Source: Paraspadella gotoi (lineage: Eukaryota; Animalia; Chaetognatha). Taken from it: a stretch of 64,000 nt of DNA. The position numbers were made by a program, and so were the translations under genes. The notes below the pieces were generated by a model. The model did not search any database, had not been told where the DNA came from, and saw only the letters and a list, made by a program, of their open reading frames with translations. Below are positions 1 to 45,664 of the stretch, one piece after another (the stretch's first letter is position 1; the number at the start of each line of letters is the position of its first letter). The stretch is taken from positions 20,373,752-20,437,751 of the forward strand of contig CM119266.1 in assembly GCA_051294375.1 (NCBI GenBank), read 5' to 3'.

Positions 1-552
1 GCAGGACCCTAAAAGCTTTCAATCAAGAATCTATCTCTGCCATAGACCGACCAAGGTAGATTCTCCCAACCAGTTGCCAGTGAGAACGGCCTTCTCTTTT
101 AAACTTTTAACATTGCAACATTTAACTCACCTCTGTCTCCTTGGACTCGGCTGGGCTTCCGAAGATGAGGCTCTGAAGGTACATCATCTTGCTATTTTCT
201 TTCGAGGGTCGGACCAAAGGTGCGTTTAATTTCGAGGTAAGGGACGCAGGTTTCTCTGTTTTTTTGTTTTTTTTAAGATGTTTTCTTTTGTTTTTAGTCT
301 TTTCGTTTATTTTTCGTTTCTGTTTTTAGATTTTAGATCAGCAAAGGAGAAAACAGAAGTTTGGGAGATTTTTTTTTTAAGGGGAAACAAAGATCGGGGG
401 AAAAAATAGGAATCTCACGTTTTGTCTCGTTGATTTTCTTCGACGCCAATCTGAAAGAACGAATAAAAATTTTGTTGTTTATTTTTTTTATAATTAAGTC
501 TGAATTTATAAAAAAAATACTATATGATAATTTTAAATATATGTATGAATAC

Positions 553-892
553 CTGTTTTGTTCTGTTCGCATTCAGTATTATTAGTTAAGCTATGTATAT
601 ATAGAATATTTGAGAATCCTCCAAAATATGATATAAATTGTTTTCTTTTTTTTTTCCTTTGCCTGTACTTAGCGTAACTTAACAAACTTTGTGATAAAGT
701 CTGTACTTTAAGTTTAAAACTATTTAACTATTAAACTTTAAAGTACAGACTTTATCACAAAGTTTGTTAAGTTACGCTAAGTACAGGCAAAGGAAAAAAA
801 TAAAAACAGTGTATATAATATTTTGGAGGATTCTCAAATATTCTATATATATAGCTTAACTCATAATACTGAATGCGAACAGAACAAAACAG
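553..892. mobile_element. ~340 bp foldback/MITE-like near-perfect palindrome
   Basis: Left arm CTGTTTTGTTCTGTTCGCATTCAGTATT...AAAGTCTGTACTTTAAGTTTAA (553-~718) is the reverse complement of the right arm TTAAACTTTAAAGTACAGACTTT...GAATGCGAACAGAACAAAACAG (~731-892). Short spacer, few mismatches, no clear TSD. Confidence 0.8.
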
Positions 893-2184
893 TTATTTCC
901 CTTTTCCCTTGTTGAGAAAGAAGGGGAATAATTGACATTACAAATTTTAAATTCGTTAATAAAACAAGAGAAAAGCTCGGCCGCCCTAGTTCCTGTTTCT
1001 ACATGTCAAAGATTGAATGAAATAAAGAGTTTTCTTTTTCAGTGAATTCCATCAAAATTTCCAAGAAATGTTATATAATTTTATAACTAGAATAAAAAAA
1101 GAAAATAAATTTACAATTTAGCAGAATATGTCTTTAAAATTCAGCGAAAGAATAGACGATTTTTTTTCATTTAAACTTGGCTTTTTTCTTGACTTGAGTC
1201 CTGACTCATTCAGTTGAGCACCCACGCAAAAATGTTCTCTCCGAATTCGACCACACATAAAACTCCTTTTCGTCATCGGACAAGTCTGTACCTGGGCTCA
1301 ACCGTCACAACCATTATTTTCTTGTGGCGAAACGAATTTAAGAAGAAGTTTCTTTGATAACTCTTAACTATTTATAAACGAAAAGAAAAAAATATAATCT
1401 TTTTTGCCCAAGGACTTTTCCTTTGCAAAGATTAGTTATCTCCGTAAATTCAATTTGAAGGTTTAAACTTTTGAATTTAATGTATATTGTTTAGCCGTTT
1501 TCTTTTTATAACGTTTTTTTTTTAATCTTTAATCGAATTTAGGTTTGTTGTTTTAAAGAAAAAAATCAGCTGAGAACGAGAGCAACCAAGGAACGAAAAG
1601 AGAGACACACGGCCTTCATTTTCGTCTTACTCGTCGTCGTCTTCGTCGTCGTCTTCGTCGTCGTCTTCGTCATCGTAGTCATGCATGTCATCAGATTCGT
1701 TCCTGTTTTGTACTTATTAAATCGAGTGCAAAGAGATATTTGGACAGAAAATCATTTTTTTACGTAGTTGGTCAGTGAGGAGAAGTGAGAGACGCAAAAA
1801 GAAGAGTTAGAGNNNNNNNNNNNNNNNNNNNNNNNNNAGCAGCAGAAGAGAGAGAGAGAAGAGAGAGAGAGAGAGGAGAGGAGAGGGAGAGAGGGAGAGA
1901 GAGAGAGAGACAAAGAGAGAGACACTGTGTGAGAGACTCCGATCGAACAGGAATACTAAGAATCTGATAATTTATGACTGTCATGTCTTCCCAGAGAAAT
2001 TCTCTTCCCAGTTCTCAGTTATCGATCAAATGCAATTTGCGTCTAATGGAATCAAAGAAAAACATTTCAAGGAGATTCAGTCTGTCAGTCTTTTGGTTGG
2101 ATTTTTCCAATTTTTATTACTTTTTCAGTCGAGAGAGAGGAGAGAGAGAGAAATGGAGAGAGACTGATGATAGGAGAGCAAGAT

Positions 2185-2219
<35 letters not shown>

Positions 2220-3710
2220 CTCTGCTGCGAAGATCAAAGACAATCGCGGCAACTCAGCCTTGGTTAAAAACATCATAAAAGTAATTGAAATAAAAAAAAG
2301 TGTGAAATCGAGGCATCCTACTAAAAAGTGTGAAATCGAGTCATCCTAATAATAAGAGTAGTATAAGGGAAATGAGTAGAAGAGCGGGGTCAACTATTGC
2401 AATGCCCGTCTACGAACAAATTGTAATAAATAAATCGATAATCACTGATTACACCTCTTGATGCAATTCACTCTTTTCGCGTGAAATAAAAAAGAAAATC
2501 TTGCGCAAGATTTCTCGAGCGCGTTTCAATCGAGGCAACGTGACAAAAAAAGAAGGACAGACCACGGAGACAAGGATAATTTGTAGGACAAGGACGTCCG
2601 AATCGAAATTCAGGCGTCATAGTTGTAAAAAGGTTAAAAACAGAACCGGATTTCGAGGTTGAAAACAAAAAAATTCAATTAGAAGAGAGCTATAATCTTT
2701 TAAACGGTTTCAAATTATATGGACGGGAGGCTGTTTGTGCTGGAAGGCTGAAACGTCGTTAATAATGCATTGATTTTGATTTAAACAACATTAAACAAAT
2801 ATATAATATTAACACACATAACGATCTAGAATTACCTTGAAATTATCGAAGAGTAAAAACGGTGCGTTTGGATTCAAAAAGAGCTGCTTAATTTGATGGG
2901 TTCATGTAAAATGTACGCTTTAAACACGTTTTATTTCAGAAGTTAAGAATATTTCATCATGAAGGCAATAAAAAAAATACAGATTACACAAGAGAGAGAA
3001 AGACGGAGAAAGTCGAGCGAATGTTTTTGTTTTTCCTCCGAAACCAGAAATCATTTGCGATCGAAAACATAATAATGTTTTTTTTCTACTAGATTCGTAA
3101 TGCGCAGATCGACGGTCGTGGAGAGAAGAGAAGCCGGTTAATTCTCCTCGCATCGTCATCGCCGATCAATTTTCCTCTGCGATCGCGAGGGGAAAACCTG
3201 GAGACCACGTCGAGGCGTACGCGAGGCTGTCTCTCGCATATCAGCTGTGGAACGAAAGCGAGCGTCGATCCAGATCCGCGAGAGATTTGAAGGATAAAAG
3301 GTTTTCGAACCGCGAAGTCACGTGAGACTTACGTCACCCAAATCTTTTCTTTTTTTCTGGTTCGAACTAAGAAACGATTCAGATTATGTGTTTTTTTCTT
3401 TTGCTTTGTGAGTTTCGCGAGAAAGAGATAAGGAATTGGCGAGGGTCTCGATCCGAAGATCATCATCTCATGATAATAATTTATACCGAAATCGCGTCCA
3501 AAGATCGAGTACGAAATTCTCGACTGGGAAGAGGAGACAAATCAGGACGTGTCTACTAGTGTCTAGTGTCTACATCCTAATTTAATATAAATCATGAGTG
3601 AAAATGGTTGTTGTTCTTGGACGAAGATTTTTCGTTGTCACTAGTCAAAAACTACGCAGCTGTTTCCATTGTTGTTAATTTCTTATCCAGAGATAAAAAA
3701 GAATTTTCAG

Positions 3711-3773
<63 letters not shown>

Positions 3774-4028
3774 CTTTTAAGGAGAAGATTAATGAGCGGA
3801 AGGCTTTTTCTTTAAAATGTAAGGGACCTATGACCCTGTGACGTGTAGGAGAAAAAATCGGCAACTGTCTGTAGTTTTACTCTCTGTTGCACAGTTGTTT
3901 CATCTTCTTTGAAATCCGACGAATCCGCTGTGAGATTATCTCCACAAAATAGGAATAACAACTCTATCAGCCAATTGTGGGGCGCAAAGTAACAAATCGA
4001 CGGTTTTACGAAAGAAAGATAAATAAAG

Positions 4029-13224
<9,196 letters not shown>

Positions 13225-13650
13225 TTCGACAGTGACTATTTGATGAAAAACGATTTAATTATTCAATAACTAAATCCTCAGACCGGAATTAAAGTTAAGA
13301 GAATAAAACATTCCAAATAAAAATTATTTTAATTACTGCTTTAATAATAAACTGCCATAAAACATTTTTTTTTTCCTTTAACAGTTTCAGACTATTCGTC
13401 AATATTAGGAAAATAAATTTTTAATCATTTATCCAAAAGAATATTTTCCAAGGACGAGTATACGAATAATATCGAGAAATAAATTCCATCAGATCATGAT
13501 CATGATCATTTTGAATATGGACGTTTTGATAATTAAGCAGGGTCATATTAACTGCCTCCATATTTCGTGCATTCGAACTAGCCAGAAGTCGAATACGTGT
13601 CTCAACTTTGAAGCATCCCGCACGTATGTCATAAAAACGTTTTCTTATTT

Positions 13651-13741
<91 letters not shown>

Positions 13742-14184
13742 TATATCATGCCTCCTCGGCGTGCTATTTCGCTAGGCCTTCAAAACACGATATGAAACGA
13801 TTTTCATTTTTGCTCTCGACCGTCTTAACTCGTAAACAAATCAGGGAAAGAAGAGCCTAGACGACATGAAACTAATACATATAATACATAATAGAGCAAT
13901 AACAGGGCTTTTATGATTATCAAAATCGAACTTATTTTTATCAATCAACTTTTGAGTTCTGAAATTGGATAAACATTTCTTTCGTCGTCGTCATCATCGT
14001 CTTCAGGGTTGTGGATGTCATATGTGGACTTCTTGTGTGTGGGAACGATGAGTGGACGTCGAATAGTAGTTGTCGTCGTCGTCGTCGTCGTTACGGTTGC
14101 CAGGGTCTTCCGAACTCGAATGAAAATTATACTCCACTTTCACCCCTCAGGCAACGCATGCCCAGGCTCGCAAGAGTCTTTTGG

Positions 14185-14264
<80 letters not shown>

Positions 14265-15094
14265 TTTATTTAATTTCAATTTCTAACCCACTCAACGAAG
14301 ACCAAAACAGAGACTTTGAAATCGTTCTTAATTTTCAACATTTGTAATGTTTTTTAACCATTTTAGTTTTTAATAAGTACTGGGTTTGGCGTTTCGTTGT
14401 TTGGTTGAAAATAAATAATTAATTTTTTTTTTAAATATGAAACGACAGTATTACTTTTAGAGATTCATTAACAAATATAGAAGTGTAATGCCTTACAAAC
14501 GAGAAAAACAAATTTAAACCTCTAAATTTATGGCATTATCATATTTAGGTTTCATTCAAATGACGTAAAAGATCTAATATCATAAAAGTGTCTCTTTGTA
14601 GACATACGTCGACAGACGTCTTGCTTGTTCAACATTACTAGATTGATGAAAATAGTGCACTTAAAGAGTCTTCTAGTTAATCTTTACTTTGACAGATGTA
14701 GTACTCACCTTCTAATGTTAGACTCCTTTCACTAGATGACGAGAACTGTTGCTGGAAAACCTTCCGAAAAGACAAAGTAAAAACTTGACGTCCTTTATCG
14801 AAGTTCAAAAATTTCGTAGAGAAGATACAAAGAAGGGAAAAAAGAATCCAGATGATCCTTTATCTAATAGGGGAAAAAAGCAGCAGATGGTTGAACCTTT
14901 GCGAAAGAAATCTCTTTTTTCTCGGGACTAGGGTAGCTCGGAGAAATCGCTGCTGAGGCTGGTAACGCCTGCCGCGGCTGTCGCTGCCGCTCTCTGCCTC
15001 CTTTCTCTTCCTTCTTATTCTCGTTCCTGCTGCCCCAGCTGATGGATCGCAACGAAGAGCGCAGAGAGTTGACAAATCTGGTCCATCCGTTATT

Positions 15095-16300
15095 TTTATA
15101 AAATTGGTACAACCAATATAAAAATTATCCATTCTTTCAATAAATAAGTTATCTTGCCCCTGACTTTGAACAGGCTTTGGTGGTTTAAGGCCTCCATCAC
15201 TCTTACAAGATAATGACAATCAAGACTCTGTCACAGTCTCATTTATTCACTCCTACAGTACATGGCTTCCTTATCAATAAAGTGGTGTTTCAAAGAATGT
15301 TTCAATTGTATGAAAAGACTACTCCCTTAAGTAATAAATCAGGGAATACTATATTGTACTCCGCCCAGCATCAAAATACAAGGAGATGAATTTTATAAAA
15401 TTAGTACAACCAATATAAAAATTATCCATTCATTTAATAAATAGGGTAGCTTGCCCCTGACTTTATTTTAGTATGAAATTGGTACAGCCAATATAAATGG
15501 GTTTTTTCCATTCTTTTAATAAATAAGCTATAAATTTGGCCCCTGATTTTTGCAGGCTATGGTAGGCTAAGGCTTTCATCCCTCTAAAAAATATAGTATG
15601 ACCCTGCAAGCTTAAAGCTTTAATAAAGTTGTATAATATTTTTAAAAATATTTTAATAAAATAAAAGGTTTAATCCTTCAAAAATAATCTGTAAAAACGA
15701 TTTCTTATATTAAATAGTATATATAATTAATAACTTAAACAGTTAACTTATTTAGAATCTTATTTTCTATTTATATCAAAACTTTAAAATACAAAACTTT
15801 ACCTTTTACACTATACTATATAATTTGACTTAAAGATATATATAGAAAATTTTCACAAAAAATTTGTAATTAAAACAAATAATTTTGATAATATTATAAT
15901 AATTACACCATTTTCTATTCAATTTTACATAATGGATTTTCGGCCCTGCAGTGGCTGGCTGAAGAATCCTGCATGGTAATCTGGAAACAGCTGAATAGAG
16001 AGGAGTGTTCTCATTGGTCCGCAAATTCGAGATAGTCGTAACCGTGCTTCTGGGTTGGTCAATGTATTTTTATGCACTGCATTACCCATATGATTATGAT
16101 AATACAACGTCACGAATATAAAGACTGTCTTGGTAATAAAGCTGGTATCTCTATTATATGAAATTGGTACAACCAATATAAAAATTATCCATTCATTTAA
16201 TAAATAAGCTATCTTGCCACTGATTTTGGAAAGGCTTTTGTCGTTTAAGGCCTCCTTCACTCTTACAAGATAATGACAAGCTTTCAATCAAGACTCTCTC
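15095..16300. repeat. Cluster of an interspersed repeat with core AAATTGGTACAACCAATATAAAAATTATCCATT
   Basis: Copies at ~15097, ~15395, ~15474 and ~16158; 15097-15230 and 16158-16298 align over ~135 bp. Further copies at 11053-11100 (twice), ~16768 (degenerate) and 56700-56740. Confidence 0.8.
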
Positions 16301-16317
16301 TAGCTTTTTGTCTGTAT

Positions 16318-16369
16318 AAATGACTGTATGACTGTATGACTGTATGACTGTATGACTGTATGACTGTAT
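16318..16369. repeat. (TGACTGTA)n minisatellite
   Basis: About six tandem 8-mers. Confidence 0.9.
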
Positions 16370-16802
16370 AAATGATTTATGCTTGATAATACAAAACAGC
16401 AATTCTTTTTGTTACTTAGATTTAGACGTACACTCTTAATCTTATGCAAAACGATTTTGAGTTTTATCTATTGTTTCAGTTCGTTCGAAACATAATAAAC
16501 AAGATGTCGCAGTCGTTTTAGAGGTCAAAACAAATGATAATCCCATAAAAATAATTAATAATATTTGATAGCCTTTGCTTTGATATAGTATTTGATAATA
16601 TTTCCGGCGGTTCTGTATTATAAAAAGAAAATGAAAAAAAAGAAAACGAAAAAAGTTCATTTCTTTAATGAAAAGAAAAATTAGGAAGATTGGTTTTTTT
16701 TTCGGATAAGGCGGAACGATTCCTTTAATTTTTTAAAAACAGTATTTTTAAAAATATAAAATTATATGAAATTGGGACAATCAATGTATATTTTAACAAT
16801 TA

Positions 16803-16950
16803 CAGGGAAGTCCAGCTCTTTTGGGACTAAGTTTAAAAATTCGTTTGGATGGTACACAAATATATTGCCTTTTTTCTTATACCATAAACCGTTTTCGAGC
16901 TGTAAGCGGTAAGCTCTTGAAGTTAGTCCCACCAGACCTGGACCTCCCTG
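16803..16950. mobile_element. 148 bp Tc1/mariner-type MITE
   Basis: TA|CAGGGAAGTCCAGCTCTTTTGGGACTAAGTTTAA ... TTGAAGTTAGTCCCACCAGACCTGGACCTCCCTG|TA: ~33 bp imperfect TIRs flanked by TA on both sides. Confidence 0.85.
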
Positions 16951-17471
16951 TATTTATATTTGTTATAATATTTTTTTCATTTTTTTAAAACTTACTCCAA
17001 ACCTTAACTTACCATTAACCGTAATTTATCATCAACCCTTACTTACCCTTAATCTTAACTTACCAAAATATAAATATAACAAATTAAAGTATTACAATAT
17101 CAATATCCTATTCCTACTTCCTTCGTTAAAAGCATCCTTTACCTTCTTGCTGATTCACACAAGTAAACGCGTTGTGGCGTCTAATCCACCTGTCGTGACA
17201 GACTGCAGCCCGATTAAAAGTTCGGGACCTTGTGCGCAACGGACAATTGATTGCTCGCGGCTACCTCTTCCACAACACATACTTTCTTCTTGACATATTC
17301 AATTTATCAGAATATTTTTTAGTTGAGACACTTGGGGGTCGGTCTGACGGTCGGTATGTCTCTCCGTCAGTCTGTTCCACTTACGTTGCTCTTTTGTTAT
17401 TTTTGCTGAGAATCTCGAATCTAAGCGACTACTAGCACTAACTTTTTTAAAGAAATCGTATAAAGAATTAA

Positions 17472-17780
17472 AGATAAGCAGCGATTTAATAAGTTCGAGA
17501 GAATGAAATAAAAAGCAATTGTGAGAAAACTATATGGAACTTTTAAAACCAATATGAACAAGAACGGTAATTCAAAAGTGTGACTTTAAAGACATTTATC
17601 CCAATTCAGCTTGAGTTGAATGCTTATTGTAGTTACTGGATCATTTGGATATACACATTTGGAGGCAGTCACACTTTTGAATTACCGTTCTTGTTCATAT
17701 TGATTTTAAAATTTCCATATAGTTTTCTCACAATTATTTTTTATTTCATTCTCTTGAACTTATTAAATCGCTGCTTATCT
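17472..17780. mobile_element. Foldback/MITE-like element with ~114 bp inverted arms
   Basis: AGATAAGCAGCGATTTAATAAGTTC...AAGAACGGTAATTCAAAAGTGTGACT (17472-17585) is the reverse complement of AGTCACACTTTTGAATTACCGTTCTT...AAATCGCTGCTTATCT (17667-17780); ~80 bp spacer. Confidence 0.8.
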
Positions 17781-18078
17781 CGTTGCTTATCTTTATCGTT
17801 CAATTTCTGAGAATTATTTAAGAACCAATGAGCAACGAGTTGAAGTTCGAACCGGTTATAACTAGTACTACTAGTAGCTCGAAGCAGTTGGTTAACTCTC
17901 AGTCCAAGGCTGTGGAATACCTTCCGAATATTTTTAAGTTTTTTAAAATTAAAGATTTTAAACTTCATTTCGTAAGTCGCTGCCTGTTTTGTTTTGTTTT
18001 TTCCGTCATTTTTTGATAAAATTACAAATATTTTACAGGTTATACATTATTCGATTCAAAGTTGAAGAACCGGTTGAT

Positions 18079-19044
18079 ATGGGTAACAGCAATTGCGTTG
18101 CAGGAGGTGGGGCGCCTAATCGTTGTGACTTTGTCATTATAAACAGTACAGACTTTCCGCTCGCCCTCGATCAAAATGAAGACTGTGGACTTGTTTGCGA
18201 ACATAAGGTGGAATTTTTTGGGGGCATTGACATTGATATGGCGCTCAAGTTTCTCCTAATACATTCATGCGGTATATATGTAATGTATTATTTTGTTAGG
18301 GATTCCAACTCACGAGTGGAAAGATCCTTTACGGTTTTGAACCACCAGAAATCATCGCCCCTCAGTGTGAGTCTCTCTAACTAAATAGACTAATAAACCA
18401 TCTGAATAATGTATTTTAAACCGAGTATTTTGGTCTTTTAATAACTTAACAATTTAGTCATTTGAAGATGCAGTAATTATTGTAATGAGATAATGACAGA
18501 ACCGTTGAATAATAAGCAGTCCCTGAGCTTCGGATCAGGCTGTAACACCGTGTTACAGGCGGATTAAGCAGCCCCGTCCCTCGTAACTGCTCGGCGAATG
18601 TCTTGCCTCCGGCACCAATGGCCGCTGATGAACGGTTGGTGGATTTTAGTCCACCATACATTTAATCTTTTTTGTATCTGCATTTTTTCTTTGAAAGCAG
18701 CGATGGGACGATTTTCAGCGAGTGGTCGAGAAGGATCACTCATCGCTCCAGAAGGAAAAGCATTTTATCGGAACGTGCCTTTCAATCTTAACTTGCTCAT
18801 CTGCTGGAAGCACGCAGGATTGTCTACGGTCAATCACCACAGGTTTATTCTTTTGGCACTTTGATTTTTTTCTCTTTTTATTCTTAACATTTCTTTGTTC
18901 TTCAGCTTTACGGCCATCATCAGCGGAAAACCTAGCCACAAAGCCGCGGCAGCATTGTCTTGTTCACCATTGCCGTGGAGCGAGCTCTTGATCGCCGAAT
19001 GTGATCCGGAAAATTGGTGCCTCACTGTCAAACACAAAATTTAA
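18079..19044 (+). CDS. 159-aa aegerolysin-like (small beta-sandwich, lipid-binding/pore-forming family) protein, 4 coding exons
   Basis: Exons 18079-18207, 18300-18366, 18698-18842 (NAGNAG alternative 18701), 18906-19044 sum to 480 nt with matching phases and a TAA. Protein MGNSNCVAGGGAPNRCDFVIINSTDFPLALDQNEDCGLVCEHKGFQLTSGKILYGFEPPEIIAPQSAMGRFSASGREGSLIAPEGKAFY...CLTVKHKI. Likely 5'UTR intron 17972-18038. The gene model is solid; the family call comes from motif recall only. Confidence 0.75.
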
Positions 19045-20983
19045 CAGATCCTACCTACCACTCAGTTGGCTGTCTATCGCTGTCTATTGTAATAGAAGTA
19101 GAGTGTCGTTTACTCGTCCTTATCAAATAATTAACTAATCCAATTTCGGTTTTTATTTTCAGTTTACTCAATATGATATTATGCCAAAATCCAAATCCAA
19201 CTGAAAATCCAGTTATTTGTTTTGTAACTAACTTTGTTTGAATAAAAACACACACGTAAACAATGAATTTAATGATCAGATATTACAAGAGCTATAATAC
19301 ATGATTCCACAGTATTAACCGGTATAAACTAGCTTCTCATATGAGCCATGTTTATTTACAAGTTACTCTTATCAGTTTTAAAAGGAATATGATCTCTAAG
19401 GATATCCTCATGAGATCACAATAAACTCGAAATTTTACAAAAGCTTCCACTTTTGAAATGGATTGAAGAAAGATATGTTTAGCACAAATCAGACGCGGTC
19501 GAAAATTGTAAGTCTTGCATTTAGTATAATCAAAGATTTATACCATTTAAATGATTTATGGAGAATTATAAAGTCACCCGTCACCGAAAAACCTCTTTGG
19601 TATTTTTCATCACAACTTTATACTTGAAGGTTGAATAAATTTTGAGATGAAACAAAAATAATGATATTTTAAAAGGAAACCTGGTCAATGAAGCCGGGCC
19701 TGCGGCTTCTGCTTTTACGGTTTTTCATTTCACAGAAATCTAAAGAATTACATAATTGTAAAAAAAATTCGGGCGAATCTCTTTGCAAACCGAATATTAG
19801 AAACTACCTGTGTTCTGAGATGAGAGGATCAAGAATGTTTGGTGGAATGATAACACATGGCCGACATGGGATTATAAAGGATATTCGGTTTTAATGGTGA
19901 CACATAAAATAGATAATAGAACGACGATTCTCGAGTCAATGGGTATGAGATAATTATTATTCCTTTTTCCCCCCGACATGAGGTGAAACATTGTCTACAG
20001 CCTCATTGACTTCGAGAATGTTAGCGAATAGCAAGGGGACTGTACAGAAAATAAAGAATACGTCTTTGGTTTTTCAAAATCGATTATCGGTCAAAGGTTT
20101 ATTATCAAGATCAAGGAAAGACCTTGCGGTCAAAAAAAACTTTTTTTTCACTTTTTATCGCTTTGAAGAAAACAGACCGAATCTTTTGAATAAACAAATG
20201 GAGCTTGCGCCGAAGCAACATCATATTTGCAAAAATAAATCCGTGATTATTCTTCTTTTAATCACAAATAATAAAAGTAAAATTCAAAACGCTTTTGACA
20301 AATGATTCTTTATTTCGTTCGAGATAATCTTAAAAAAATTTTCAAATCAGGGCCGAGGGAAGACGGGTGAGAGATCAAACATGGAAAATCTGGAAGGCGT
20401 AGATGATTTTAATGGATCAGTTTACTCAAAAGCAAAATTTGAAACGAAAGCGACATGCAAACCGAAATATCTCATTAGTAGGGCTTCAGTTACAAAATGG
20501 TAAAAACGAAAGAAAAATCTCCCGAGTACAATTAAAATACGTTTTACTTCGCCTTCGACTAATCTGTGATTTCTATTTTGTAGCAAATAAAATTATTAAT
20601 TAATCATTTCGATCTTATCTGACCGCGTAAGTGTAACGTGGGGAGGCATATATATATATAAATGATTCCTGCTGACTGAGGACCAAGATACACACAATTA
20701 ACGCAACCCAATTTCAGACAGAGAACGAGGAAAAAAATAATTTTTTAGCGAAGGAATTATCGACCGTCTTGAACGAACTTAGCAAATAAGATCGGTTTCG
20801 AAATCCTTTTTGGGTTTTTTTTTTAAGTTTTTTTAAAAAATATGTATCCGCGAGAGACGAAAGTCGTGAAATGAATTGAGAAAAGCGAAAAAAACCATTT
20901 ACGAGACCCGACCAAAAAAAAAATGGGTACAGTAGTCTACGGTTCTCGTTTCTCCCCCTTTCATCTCCAACGTCTCTCGAGGC

Positions 20984-21595
20984 TCATATGTTGGTGTGAT
21001 GTCTCTGTCTGACGTGATTTTGTCCCGGTTTTTGCGACTCGACAACGGCGACGTCCCGCGACGAAGTTTGGATGAGCGACGTCGTCGGCGAACGAAGCGG
21101 CGGAGGGGGATGGGAAACCACGACCGTCGGGCCGCCGAAAGAGAGGGAAGAAGTAGAGGCCATGGGGAGTGGGCTGGGAGAGGGATAGGCTGCGCCGACG
21201 TAAGGGTGGGCGTGGCCAGAAGGGTAAGCGACGCCAGGGAGCTGAGCGGGATGGCGATGATGATGGGGATGATAGTGAATGGCAGGCACGAGGCCCGGAG
21301 GCGGACTCGCGACCGAAGACACGAGGCCGATGTGCGGACCGCCCAGCGAGGTGACGCGGACACCTCCGAAGTCGTCGACGCCGCGGCCGCCGCCGCCGAG
21401 ACCCGCCATCCGCTCCGACGCGTTCCCCAACGGTGAGACGCCGCCGCCGATTTCCACCATCGCCAGACTAGTGGCCACCAGACCTTTACCCGGGGTAAGG
21501 CGAAGGTGAGGAACGCTGGCGAGTCGCTGTTGTTGTTGTTGATTTAGTTGTTGCTGGTCAAATGGGTGCTGTTGATGATGAAGTTGCTTGTGTAT
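20984..21595 (-). CDS. Putative C-terminal extension of the cadherin (203 codons in frame after the TAG)
   Basis: No stop from 21595 to the TGA at 20986-20984. Q/H/P/G/S-rich, ends in RHHTNI. In frame with listed ORF 20984..21478 (offset 117 nt). Confidence 0.55.
   Translation of the reverse strand: MHKQLHHQQHPFDQQQLNQQQQQRLASVPHLRLTPGKGLVATSLAMVEIGGGVSPLGNASERMAGLGGGGRGVDDFGGVRVTSLGGPHIGLVSSVASPPPGLVPAIHYHPHHHRHPAQLPGVAYPSGHAHPYVGAAYPSPSPLPMASTSSLSFGGPTVVVSHPPPPLRSPTTSLIQTSSRDVAVVESQKPGQNHVRQRHHTNI

Positions 21596-45664
<24,069 letters not shown>

Noticed and set aside
1-256. Two possible - strand exons (KPASLTSKLNAPLVRPSKENSKMMYLQSLIFGSPAESKETE|RRPFSLATGWENLPW...)
   Set aside because: The implied intron is only ~35 nt, no domain is recognisable, and it lies at the window edge.
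1772-2349. ORFs rich in ER/SL dipeptides (also at 8392, 13496, 22712, 49798, 51328, 52502)
   Set aside because: They are translations of (AG)n/(CT)n microsatellites.
15095-16300. CRISPR-like repeat/spacer reading of the ATTGGTACAACCAAT copies
   Set aside because: Spacing is irregular (75-700 bp), copy lengths vary, the context is eukaryotic and there are no cas genes.
19440-20420. Exon-like fragments (e.g. NVWWNDNTWPTWDYKGY, DCTENKEYVFGFSK) with splice-like sites
   Set aside because: In-frame stops and no consistent phase chain; at most a decayed gene that I cannot identify.
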